DNA of 35,891 nucleotides from Octopus bimaculoides (lineage: Eukaryota): contig NC_068999.1 in assembly GCF_001194135.2 (NCBI RefSeq), positions 24,316,964-24,352,854 on the forward strand, written 5' to 3'. A program made the position numbers and the translations under genes. Of the stretch, positions 1-11,057 are shown one piece after another. Every line of letters starts with the position of its first letter. Positions within the stretch are counted from its first letter, which is position 1. Below the pieces are notes generated by a model. That model was not told the origin of the DNA and made no database searches. It saw nothing but the letters and a program-made list of their open reading frames with translations.

Positions 1-37
1 ATATATATATATAGATATATATATGTAAATACATATA

Positions 38-75
<38 letters not shown>

Positions 76-130
76 TATATATATGTAAATACATATATAT
101 TTATATATACATATATATATATAATATATA
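1..130. repeat. (AT)n-type microsatellite with 60-bp higher-order duplication
   Basis: 1-60 and 61-120 differ at one base, including the same interruptions (atagatat, gtaaatac, attt). Confidence 0.9.
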
Positions 131-712
131 CATGTGTGTATGTGTCTATACACTTGACATTTAAACTGACTTTTGTTGAAGTAGTTATCAAAACCTGTTT
201 AATGAAGTTAATGTTTAATAGAATCTAATGCAGCTAATCTCTTGACATTCCGTATAATGTTTTAGTGGTAGTGTTTGCTCACTGAGGCTCTGCTAATTAG
301 CAGCATTAGCACCATTACATGGTGATTCCAACTCATACACCATCTCCATATTCACCTTGTCCGAGCTCTGCATATTTGACTAATCATTGTAAATGTTGAT
401 AGTTCTTCGAATACATTTTCATCTGGAGAGTATTGAGTAATTCGATTGAAGGGCTGAGGGTATGGTTGACCGACTCATTTTGATACACAATATATTTCAA
501 TTTTAATAATACTCACATAAATGAAATTAGTAGTAATGCAGATGGAAAAGAACAAAGATGTTAGATGTGTTTAGATAACTGATGATATTGCCATTATGAC
601 AACGCCTAGAATACGATTACGACAGAGACTCACACACACTTGTATGTCTATACATGGGTATATATTTACAGAGATATATAATCTGGAGTGTATGTGTGTG
701 TGTGTGTGTTTA

Positions 713-888
713 TCTTTTATTCGTTTGAGTCATTAGACCGTAGTCATGCTGTCGCACTGCCGTGAAGAATTTTTATTTTAATGAATTGACCTCAGTACTT
801 ATTTTTTTTTTTAAACTTGCACTTATTTTATTGGTCTCTTTTGTCAAATGGCTAAGTTACAGGGACATCAACACACCAACACGGATTG
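713..888 (-). mobile_element. tRNA-derived SINE (family A), 3' half
   Basis: Reverse complement matches the 3' half of the full copy at 17399-17849 (gtaacttagc...gagacc...gactgaaacaagtaaaaga). Confidence 0.8.
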
Positions 889-892
889 TATG

Positions 893-898
893 CGTTTG

Positions 899-956
<58 letters not shown>

Positions 957-1050
957 TACACACACACACACACATAAATGTGTGTGTGTGCGTATATGCA
1001 CACACATGTATGTGTGTGTTTTGTGTTTGTGTGCATGTGTGTGTGTGTCT
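893..1050. repeat. compound (TA)n(CA)n(TG)n microsatellite
   Basis: Direct reading of dinucleotide runs. Confidence 0.95.
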
Positions 1051-1130
1051 GACCACTACTTTCAGCTAGTGTTGGTGTGTTTATGTCCCCGTAACTTAGC
1101 AGTTTGGCAAAAGAGACCAATAAAGTCCTG
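1045..1130 (+). mobile_element. SINE family A internal fragment
   Basis: gtgttggtgtgtttatgtccccgtaacttagcagtttggcaaaagagacc matches the post-microsatellite segment of the 17399 copy. Confidence 0.8.
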
Positions 1131-1337
1131 GTAGGGCATAAATGTAGAGTATTTCCAGAGAGGCCCTCAACCTGAGTTATGGGCTATCAATACTGTCAGA
1201 TTCTAGACTAATACTGAAATTCTTCAAGTGTAGAAAATCCTGGTTTCTCAGCAGCAAAATCATTCTGGGGGGGTTGCAAAGAGTAAATTATAATCCAAAT
1301 AATACTAAGGCAAATAACAAAAAGACAAAGAAATTCT

Positions 1338-1585
1338 TTGCTGGTGGCACGTAAAAAGCACCATCCGAACATGGTTGATACCAGGTCCTCCAGACGGGTT
1401 TTTATGCTAGTGGCACATAGGAAGCAACATCTGAACATGGCCGATGCCAGTACCCCCTGACTAGCTCCTGTGCTGGTGGCATGTAAAAAGCACTCTCAGA
1501 ATGTGATCGATACCAGGATCGCCTGACTGGCTCATGCGCGTGTAGCACGTAAAAAGCACCATCCAAACGTAATAGATGCCAGGCC
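1338..1585 (+). mobile_element. RTE 3'-UTR tandem units (about four ~65-bp units, no tail)
   Basis: Repeated ggtggcacgtaaaaagcacc...gccagt...ctgactggct unit, same as in the 3' UTR attached to RT at ~19510-19760. Confidence 0.85.
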
Positions 1586-1807
1586 TGTAATCTTTGTGGT
1601 TTTAGATATTAAAATGACACATTATCAGACTTGCATCAAAGGTGCACTCTTACATTGTGCATATCAATAAAAGTATGGTTAGAGGATGAATAATTAGCAT
1701 TCAGATCATGTGGGAAGGATGAAGAGTAAGCAGATTTGGTACAGAAACAATTGTAACAAGCCATTAAAGATATGTTAAAGGATTTCTTTGTCTTATTATT
1801 ATTTGGG

Positions 1808-1808
<1 letters not shown>

Positions 1809-1845
<37 letters not shown>

Positions 1846-1975
1846 CAGACTATTTATACATATGTATATGTAAATATGTGTATATATAGTATGAGATGTT
1901 GAGAAACCAACTAAGGGATAGTACCTATGTATATATATGTGTTTGTGTGTTTATGTATGTATATGTACATATAAG

Positions 1976-2009
<34 letters not shown>

Positions 2010-2032
2010 TATATATATATTTATATGCATGT
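1809..2032. repeat. (TA)n / (TATG)n microsatellite field
   Basis: Direct reading. Confidence 0.9.
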
Positions 2033-2036
2033 ATGT

Positions 2037-2483
2037 GACGACTGGCACCCATGCCAACGTCGTCTCCTTAATTGGACATGAAACTCGGCTTGCGAAGATC
2101 TGTTGGGGCAAGCAAAAGCGAAATCGTGATGGCACCTGTGCCCAGCGTCGCCTTCCTGGCATTTGTGCCGGTGGCACATGTAAGACATTCGATCGAGATC
2201 GTTGCCAGTGTCGCTGGACTGGCTCCTGTGCAGGTGGCACGTAAAATACACTATTTTGAGCATGGTCGTTGCCAGTACTGCCTGACTGGCCTTCGTGCCG
2301 GTGGCACGCAAAAGCACCCACTACACTCTCGGAGTGGTTGGCGTTAGGAAGAGCATCCAGCTGTAGAAACTCTACCAAATCAGATTGGAGCCTGGTGTAG
2401 CCATCTGGTTCACCAGTCCTCAGTCAAATCGTCCAACCCATGCTAGCATGGAAAGCAGACGTTAAATGATGATGATGATGATG
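2037..2483 (+). mobile_element. 5'-truncated RTE 3' end with (GAT)n tail
   Basis: Tandem units, then gcacccactacactctcggagtggttggcgttaggaagagcatccagctgtagaaac...gtccaacccatgctagcatggaaagcagacgttaaa and (gat)n; collinear with 19510-19933. Confidence 0.9.
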
Positions 2484-2505
2484 TATGTATATATGTATGT
2501 ATATA

Positions 2506-3212
2506 NNNNNNNNNNNNNNNNNNNNNNNNNNNNNNNNNNNNNNNNNNNNNNNNNNNNNNNNNNNNNNNNNNNNNNNNNNNNNNNNNNNNNNNNNNNNNNN
2601 NNNNNNNNNNNNNNNNNNNNNNNNNNNNNNNNNNNNNNNNNNNNNNNNNNNNNNNNNNNNNNNNNNNNNNNNNNNNNNNNNNNNNNNNNNNNNNNNNNNN
2701 NNNNNNNNNNNNNNNNNNNNNNNNNNNNNNNNNNNNNNNNNNNNNNNNNNNNNNNNNNNNNNNNNNNNNNNNNNNNNNNNNNNNNNNNNNNNNNNNNNNN
2801 NNNNNNNNNNNNNNNNNNNNNNNNNNNNNNNNNNNNNNNNNNNNNNNNNNNNNNNNNNNNNNNNNNNNNNNNNNNNNNNNNNNNNNNNNNNNNNNNNNNN
2901 NNNNNNNNNNNNNNNNNNNNNNNNNNNNNNNNNNNNNNNNNNNNNNNNNNNNNNNNNNNNNNNNNNNNNNNNNNNNNNNNNNNNNNNNNNNNNNNNNNNN
3001 NNNNNNNNNNNNNNNNNNNNNNNNNNNNNNNNNNNNNNNNNNNNNNNNNNNNNNNNNNNNNNNNNNNNNNNNNNNNNNNNNNNNNNNNNNNNNNNNNNNN
3101 NNNNNNNNNNNNNNNNNNNNNNNNNNNNNNNNNNNNNNNNNNNNNNNNNNNNNNNNNNNNNNNNNNNNNNNNNNNNNNNNNNNNNNNNNNNNNNNNNNNN
3201 NNNNNNNNNNNN
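2506..3212. other. assembly gap (other gaps: 5381-5419, 7153-7333, 10512-11011, 21046-21055, 29892-29901, 35282-35291)
   Basis: Runs of n, most flanked by microsatellites. Confidence 1.
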
Positions 3213-3281
<69 letters not shown>

Positions 3282-3289
3282 CGAATTTG

Positions 3290-4560
3290 TGGGTGAGCAT
3301 GTGTGTGTTTCAAGCGAGGGTGGATGAGTAAAGGATTATGATTCATTTTTAATTTATTAGTCTTTGTATCAACTACTAAATCTAAGGCTAGAGGACTGTG
3401 TCTGTTTAGAATGGAGGGCAGCTCATAGCTAGATATGGTCATAAATATTGTCAAGATTTTAGGAGTAGTATAAAGTAACTGTTTACAAAGGAGGCTGGGT
3501 AGGGGAAAACTCCAAATCAAGATATTAATTACCAGTTAAAGGGGCAAGACACTAATAAAACCTATGTTAGTACAGAGGAAATTTTATCATGGGGTACTAT
3601 GGGTGATTGTTTATAAACAATATTGTTATGATGTGTAAAGATAAAATTTAAGATTATCAAAAATGATATCATAACCAAACTAGATAAAATGTGTATATAT
3701 ACCAATTTTCAACATTAAAAAGAGAAGATTACATAGAATCAGTTTAATATTCATTCGTGTACTTAATTATTTGCTTATTAGGTGGTTTCTGCCCTGGACA
3801 TTTACTTATGGATTACTAGAAAGATAAACATGCTATCTATATAAGCTAAGAATCAGAAAAAAATAAAAGTTGTGTACAGATACATACACATATTTATCTG
3901 TGTACACATGCAAACATACACAAATATTTATATGTTATTAGGGATATATTATAATCAACTCGCATAGACTTAAGTAACTAGAAAGTATATATCTCTATTT
4001 AAGAAGAGTAACAACTTATAAGGGATAAGAGGTTAATAGGCAAGGATATCAAAATCAGAAAACAAAATAACAAGAATTTATAGAGAATAGTTAGAAATAT
4101 ATATAACTTACAGTTAAAGAGACAGGGTATTAAAATTTGAGGTAGGGAAGAGATAAAGATAACCCCAAAGAGGAAACAATAGGTATGGGAGTAGTGAGGA
4201 CAGTTGGAGGTATTCAGACCAAAGAGGTATTTTATAAGTTGCAAAGTTACCGATGCTATTGTATACATGATTTTATAGTTTCTCTAGGGTATATAATTGG
4301 GAGACTTACATAAAAGCCATTACAAAAATACATAATATGATCAGTAGAGTAGAACATCATAGAAAGGAACAAATAGTTTAATCACCAAAATCATGATGAA
4401 GTCAGACTAACTAGGTAGGATTATTCATAGGATAGTAACTACATGTAGCATACCACATACCATACTATATAGCTTATAACATATGCAATGCAATTTAATT
4501 CATCATATAACTCAGTATCCCATGATTTTATTATATATAATACTAGAGGGTATATATATA
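3290..4560 (+). mobile_element. highly degenerate retroelement-like segment, tentatively Penelope-like
   Basis: Purine-skewed block between (TA)n tracts. Weak remnants: VYRYIHIF at ~3872-3895 (cf. RT YRYxDDIF) and SCKVTDAIVYMI...ataattgggagact at ~4235-4310 (cf. GIY-YIG 'VY.I.C..C...YIGET'). Many stops; the assignment is inference. Confidence 0.25.
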
Positions 4561-4661
4561 TACAATTATGTGGTAAGGCTTCAACAAATATATATAGAAT
4601 AGCACTTGATCAGCTAAGAGAGTAAAGATAATGTTATTGTTGGAACCACAAGTCTCGTTAT

Positions 4662-4880
4662 ATCATCATCATCAACCTTTAACATCCATTTTCCATACTG
4701 GCATGGGTTGGACAGCTTGTCAGGAACTGGCAAGACCAGGGGCCCACCAGGCTCTGTAGTCTGTTTTGGCTAGGTTTCTACAACTTGATATCCTTCCTAA
4801 TATCAACCACTGTGAAGTGTGCACTGGGTACTTTTTACATGACACCAACACCCCACTAATGCTTTTTACATGGCACCTTG
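4662..4880 (-). mobile_element. RTE 3' end, inverted, diverged
   Basis: (CAT)n then ccatactggcatgggttggacagc and tttctacaacttgatatccttcctaatatcaaccact = reverse complement of the RTE tail. Confidence 0.85.
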
Positions 4881-5336
4881 GTTTGAAAATCTCAGTATAT
4901 GTGTTGTGTGTGTGTGTGTGTGTGTAAATCGTTATGGCATCCCCACCTGCACCACTGATTTCCACAAGGTCTTTCAATTCACTTCCTCATCTACTAAACT
5001 ATGCTGGAGCAGCTATGTAAGCTTCCATATTTAGACAACATGGATAACCTATTTCTCAGTTTTATTCTTGCTTTCTTCTTTGACCATGTCTTTTCCTTTT
5101 ACCCTCTCCATATATCACTATCTGCCTGATTCCATCTGTCAATGATACCAGGGTACCAAAGCAACATTCTCTATCAGTCAAGATAAATCACTTTCTCACA
5201 TTTCCTTCCTCTCTCTTTACTTTTCTCCCAAAGGAATTCTTCCTTCTCTTTTCCATTTCCTTCCATCCTAATATCAGTAAATCTTCTTATCCATCACCTA
5301 CTGCTCATTTTCTTCTTTCTTTCAAACATCATTTGC

Positions 5337-5380
<44 letters not shown>

Positions 5381-5515
5381 NNNNNNNNNNNNNNNNNNNN
5401 NNNNNNNNNNNNNNNNNNNGTTTGAGGGAAAAGAGCCAAGGTTCATGAACTCATCGATGAAAATCCACTATCACAAATTGAGTTTTTACCTGTAAATTTG
5501 GATTTTTATCCCTAA

Positions 5516-5516
<1 letters not shown>

Positions 5517-5570
<54 letters not shown>
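5517..5570. repeat. (ATT)n microsatellite
   Basis: Direct reading. Confidence 0.95.
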
Positions 5571-5831
5571 ATATATATTTCTTCTCACTCCCTTGTATCA
5601 TATGATTCTGATCTCCCTACCCTCTCTAACCTGATTCTCCTCTATCTCCTCCATGATACCTCTTCTCTCTCTCTCTCTCTCATCTACCAACATATTTCTC
5701 AATCTCCTTCTCCCCATTCTTTACCCTATACACTCCCATATTCTCACTCTTTCTCCATCAATCTACACCTTTACTGACTTCTTTATTGCCTACAACCCCC
5801 TCCCTTTTGCCCACTTCCAGGTACTACTTAC

Positions 5832-5939
5832 AATTATTTTCTGTAAATTTAGCATTGTACACTATGATTGAAGGCCTTCTCGGAGAAGGCATCAACTTTG
5901 CAAGCTGCAATGAAGGCAGCTTGACCGGCAGAACAATGA
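5832..5939 (-). CDS. candidate internal exon, unidentified (IVLPVKLPSLQLAKLMPSPRRPSIIVYNAKFTENN)
   Basis: Minus-strand acceptor ccatttttattcatAG, donor |GTAAGT, 108 nt, symmetric phase 1, open frame. No recognisable homology. Confidence 0.3.
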
Positions 5940-6713
5940 CTATGAATAAAAATGGATACAGTGCAGAAAAGACACTTTAGTTTTAGCAGTTGATCCCTCA
6001 AATGTTGGTGTCACAAAATACATTCAGTCCCTGCTATAAAGTAGTTGATGATAAGAATGACATCCAGCCTGTAATACAATGTCAAAGTCATGAAATCTAA
6101 TATATCAATAAACCCTGACTGCTTATACAAGACTAACACTTACTATGCGAGTATGCATACAATATTGAGTGTTTTGATGCAGACATACGACCATGACCGA
6201 AGAAAAATCAATGTAGACTCAGCTTGCCAGGAGCTTACTTGTGCTCAGCAGTGTGCTTTCACACAACCAAATAAAATAATTTTGAAAAAGATAGTTACTA
6301 AAATAAAATGATGGATTTTGCACATGAATGCCAACAGTCCCATGATGCTTCACCTAATGAACTATGATACTTGCATTTGACTAAAATATTTCTATCATGT
6401 CTGTGAATTAAAAACACAGTCCTTGTCTGCAGTAAAGAGCCCTGCCTACATATTAGTCTCCATTTCGTATCCTAATGCTCTAATATAAAACCTCTTTTGT
6501 TTTTTCTTTTGGATCAGAATTATGCACCCAGAATGGAATGCCAGCCATATCTACAATATGTTTCTTGTAGCTACCTTGAGATCCTTTGTGTTACCCTAAA
6601 TAGTATACGTGTTGCACATATATAGTTTTCAATATGCATTCTGTACAAGTCTTCTACTATTCTCACATATTGACTCTAATATTTATGTCCTTTTATCTAT
6701 TTGTATCATATAG

Positions 6714-6857
6714 GTAGCTGTTCAGAGCCATTTTTATCGAGGCCAAGAGATTCGAGAATACCCAGTTACTTATCGATCGAGTGATATATATGGACACACA
6801 AGTCAAGATTTTCAAGTACCACGATATAATCATGTGTCTTATTCAAAACTCTGCTAA
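6714..6857 (+). CDS. candidate exon, unidentified (VAVQSHFYRGQEIREYPVTYRSSDIYGHTSQDFQVPRYNHVSYSKLC*)
   Basis: Pyrimidine-rich acceptor ...ttgtatcatatAG and 47 open codons; 4 of 5 CpGs fall in CGA Arg codons in an otherwise CpG-poor region. No strong donor; an open minus-strand alternative overlaps (see findings). Confidence 0.35.
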   Translation, partial: VAVQSHFYRGQEIREYPVTYRSSDIYGHTSQDFQVPRYNHVSYSKLC

Positions 6858-7105
6858 TTTTAGCATATTTCTGTAAAACAGTTCACTCACTATATGCTGT
6901 GATGTTAATACATTCCCTAAACATGGATTTGTTTGAGGACAGGAGAGTCTCACAGTATAACTTGAATTTGATTACCCATTATGTGTGTGTGTTTGGCTGG
7001 GGCTGTATATATGTATGAATGAATGTCTATGTATGTGTATATGTGTGTGTATATATGTATATATATATATATACACATACATACATTTGTGTATATGTGT
7101 GTATG

Positions 7106-7152
<47 letters not shown>

Positions 7153-7333
7153 NNNNNNNNNNNNNNNNNNNNNNNNNNNNNNNNNNNNNNNNNNNNNNNN
7201 NNNNNNNNNNNNNNNNNNNNNNNNNNNNNNNNNNNNNNNNNNNNNNNNNNNNNNNNNNNNNNNNNNNNNNNNNNNNNNNNNNNNNNNNNNNNNNNNNNNN
7301 NNNNNNNNNNNNNNNNNNNNNNNNNNNNNNNNN

Positions 7334-7385
<52 letters not shown>

Positions 7386-8710
7386 GCATGCACACACGCG
7401 CACACATATTCACTCATGCATGCATACATTACTTACATACACTCACATTTAAATAATTGCTTGCATGGACCTATGTGCACAATTACACATGAACACATAT
7501 TTTCAAGATCTTCAATTAAAGTTTAATTCAGGTCTAATTAAACAGTATTTATATTTCAATTAATAAATTAGCACCAAAGTTATCAAATATTCTCAACAAG
7601 AAGGAGAATCTGTATTTGTACATATGTATGAGTGTATGCATGAGAGAGGGGGCTGTTGCTGACATAATTGTTCTTCATTGGCACTAGCCTTTTCTTCATC
7701 AGTTAATCTTACTCTCACAAAATGCAAAATTAAAGAGAAGCATATCTTTTTCAGGAAAAGTTTTATTTCTAGCATTAGCAATTCTGCTTTTACAGAATTA
7801 ATTATCTACTAATCAGATGTGGTTCTTGATAGATTGCTGATGTATTTGAAGAGCAAATATACTGAGTGATTTCCCTCATTGATTGAAACGAACAAAACAG
7901 CAGTGTCTCTGTTTGACTTGTACAAATATTTCTTTTGTGTTTTTACTTCATTCAAAAGACAACAGAAATTATTGCCTTGCCTCCTGCGGGAAACATATTG
8001 ACAATGACTAAATTTAACGGTTAGGTAGTCGCTTGAATGAAACTTAAATGCTATCTTTGCATTTTTCTAAAAACAAATACTGTTCATTTAACCTCAAAAT
8101 ATTTAGTAGAGATGTGAAATAAATGCAGATGCTGAAAGTTTTACATTTAAATGTAAAACCCTGAAGATTCTTTTGTATAAGAATATATTTCTAGCCTTGC
8201 TCTAAATAATTTTTGGGTTACAAAAACAGTGAAGAGAACTGAAAGACATCCAGTTTCAACCAGAACAGTGTTTTTTTTTTTCAGACTGTTTATGTATATC
8301 AGTCAGTTTCCAGAATAAATCAACTTGTTGCATGAATCTGACTGTTAGTGTATATGGAAAATTTTGTAACACACATTGAGTATATGAATTTTATATAAAA
8401 AAATATATTTCTAACTTTTCTTGACTTCTTAATTCCAATACTCTGCTGTATATTATATAAATTTCATCCTTGTGCTCTTCCAGTCTAACTGAAAGAGTAC
8501 ACATGATTTTGACACTGCACTGAAGCGCAATGAAACCTTATTAGGTCATCAAATTGATGACACTTCAGTTGTATGTCATCTCTATAGTGGTTAATACCCT
8601 AACATTATTTTAGAGCAAATTTAGGAGTATTTTCTAAAATGTAATTAATGAATTCAAATACTCTATAGTGCATTATGTAATTTCTCATGCTTCTGTATTT
8701 TGACATACAG

Positions 8711-9199
8711 AAGCAGGAACATATTGTATCTCCAAAAGAAATGTTGAAGTATCATATTCATGTTTGTAAGATGTGGAAAAGACAATACTTTTCTTTTCTT
8801 TTTCTTTTTCTTTTTTTTTTTTTTTCTTTTACAGATTTTTTTATGTTAAATAAATTGTTTGAGTTTGAGCTCTCAATAACTGGTCCAGAAAGCAATCAAA
8901 ATTTTCAAGCCAAACGTCTTAACTTTTGCAAAATGTTATTGCTAAGGAAGGTTTCCTTGCTATTTTAGCTATAAATAGATTTATATTTTAATATAAATTT
9001 TATGATAAAAGGATTTATACTGTTACTTTTGAATGTAGAAGTAAAATGATGGTATGTAGGGTACCTGCACATGGTACCTCCATTATAGGGTATTTCCATT
9101 GCATATATTTGTTCTCTGGTTATGACAATTTATTCTATATTTCCCCAGCTAGGTGTTGTGAAAAGGCTACAAAACATTGATAATTTTATTGATACATAA
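8711..9199 (+). CDS. candidate three-exon chain 8711-8765, 8835-8950, 9149-9199 (KQEHIVSPKEMLKYHIHV-YFFMLNKLFEFELSITGPESNQNFQAKRLNFCKMLLLRK-LGVVKRLQNIDNFIDT*)
   Basis: Acceptors gacatacAG, ~40-nt poly-T/C+acAG and atttccccAG; donors |GTAAGA and weaker AAG|GTTTCC. Phases 0/1/0 join without stops. Protein not recognised. Confidence 0.33.
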
Positions 9200-10179
9200 C
9201 TATTATTAAGAAAGACCAAGAAATTTGGTCTAGTAAATTAGTTTATAAACAGGTGAAGTTATGTATTATCCAACACAAATTAAAATGCAAAATGTTTATC
9301 ACTACTGTTAAATAAATATAAGAGCTTTTTGGGTGTATCAGTCTATATTATGTAAAATAACAAGGTCTCTTTAAACTGTTGATTCTCTATTTATATATAG
9401 TGTATGGACAGAAATTTGTGTATTAATGCACAGTTATAGATATCTGTACATAACTACATTTATATTTGAATATATATCTGGCGAATTCTCACAGAGAATA
9501 AATAGACATTCCTAAGCCTGAAGTGATAATAATTTATCTGTAATCTAGTCTCTGTAGATAAACTTCAGGCAATACACACCATTTTACTGTCTGAATTATA
9601 AAGAAAAATTTACACAGACTCATTCACAGTCACACAGCTTATAAGCTCAACTTCATACTTAGATTCTGGATATGCTACACACCTTTTGAAATTTCTGTAG
9701 AAATGAAATAGCCATTTGTAATTTCATTGCAGTTATTTCATTGTTGGTCTGGCGAGACATTTTATTTTAAATGATTCAGGTTCTCAAAACAAGAAAATAT
9801 ATCTGAAGGCTTTCTGGTAAAATTGTCAAATGACCACCACTTCAGGGGATTTAACTTTTATTCATTTAATACTTAAAAATATGTTTGTTAATTATTGACC
9901 CCCCGAAAAGGATCTTGGTCACCATCTGTAATCAATCAGTTGAGCTGTCATTAGTTAGATGACCTGTGTATGTGTACAAGTATGTATGTGTCCAAGTTCA
10001 ACAATTCAGTTGTTTTAAAGAAACAAGTTATATGTATATGTAAAAGTATGTAAACACTTTTTGCACATATTTACTCACATATACACATCTAATGAGTGGT
10101 TTTATTTATTGAAGGCTGAGTGCAGATTTCAGTAGTTAAAATAAAGTTTGCCATATCCATTTTTGTTTCATTTTAAAAT

Positions 10180-10180
<1 letters not shown>

Positions 10181-10219
<39 letters not shown>

Positions 10220-10254
10220 GTAATAATAATAATAATAATAATTATAATTATTAC

Positions 10255-10308
<54 letters not shown>

Positions 10309-10325
10309 CATCATCATCATCATCA
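10181..10325. repeat. (AAT)n-(ATT)n-(ATC)n compound trinucleotide repeat
   Basis: Direct reading. Confidence 0.95.
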
Positions 10326-11012
10326 TTATTGTCGTTATTATTATTGTTATTATTATTAATTTTTGGGTTGTTTATTTGTTTGTGACTGAGAAATAACCTA
10401 CAAAACATATCTTTTGCTTAAGTGTGGCGGCAATATACTACACTTTATCGTGCAGTTACTGTTAATACTTCATTTAGAGAATTAACATTGCTTGTTTTCA
10501 CCTTTTCGATANNNNNNNNNNNNNNNNNNNNNNNNNNNNNNNNNNNNNNNNNNNNNNNNNNNNNNNNNNNNNNNNNNNNNNNNNNNNNNNNNNNNNNNNN
10601 NNNNNNNNNNNNNNNNNNNNNNNNNNNNNNNNNNNNNNNNNNNNNNNNNNNNNNNNNNNNNNNNNNNNNNNNNNNNNNNNNNNNNNNNNNNNNNNNNNNN
10701 NNNNNNNNNNNNNNNNNNNNNNNNNNNNNNNNNNNNNNNNNNNNNNNNNNNNNNNNNNNNNNNNNNNNNNNNNNNNNNNNNNNNNNNNNNNNNNNNNNNN
10801 NNNNNNNNNNNNNNNNNNNNNNNNNNNNNNNNNNNNNNNNNNNNNNNNNNNNNNNNNNNNNNNNNNNNNNNNNNNNNNNNNNNNNNNNNNNNNNNNNNNN
10901 NNNNNNNNNNNNNNNNNNNNNNNNNNNNNNNNNNNNNNNNNNNNNNNNNNNNNNNNNNNNNNNNNNNNNNNNNNNNNNNNNNNNNNNNNNNNNNNNNNNN
11001 NNNNNNNNNNNN

Positions 11013-11057
<45 letters not shown>

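Noticed and set aside
290-324. Short palindromes (290-303, 310-324, 11715-11726, 25983-25994)
   Set aside because: 12-14-bp palindromes are expected occasionally in 36 kb; no supporting context.
2295-2318. Twister-ribozyme resemblance (GCCGGT...AAAAG)
   Set aside because: Lacks the CCCAAGCCCGG and GGAGGG elements and the twister pseudoknot layout.
2424-3520. Long ORFs (272-352 aa), and similar ones at 6950-7526 and 10422-11130
   Set aside because: They run through N gaps and dinucleotide repeats.
5786-5980. Plus ORF ...MIEGLLGEGINFASC... as an exon
   Set aside because: No donor, and the upstream pyrimidine tract appears repeat-derived; the minus-strand model has better splice signals.
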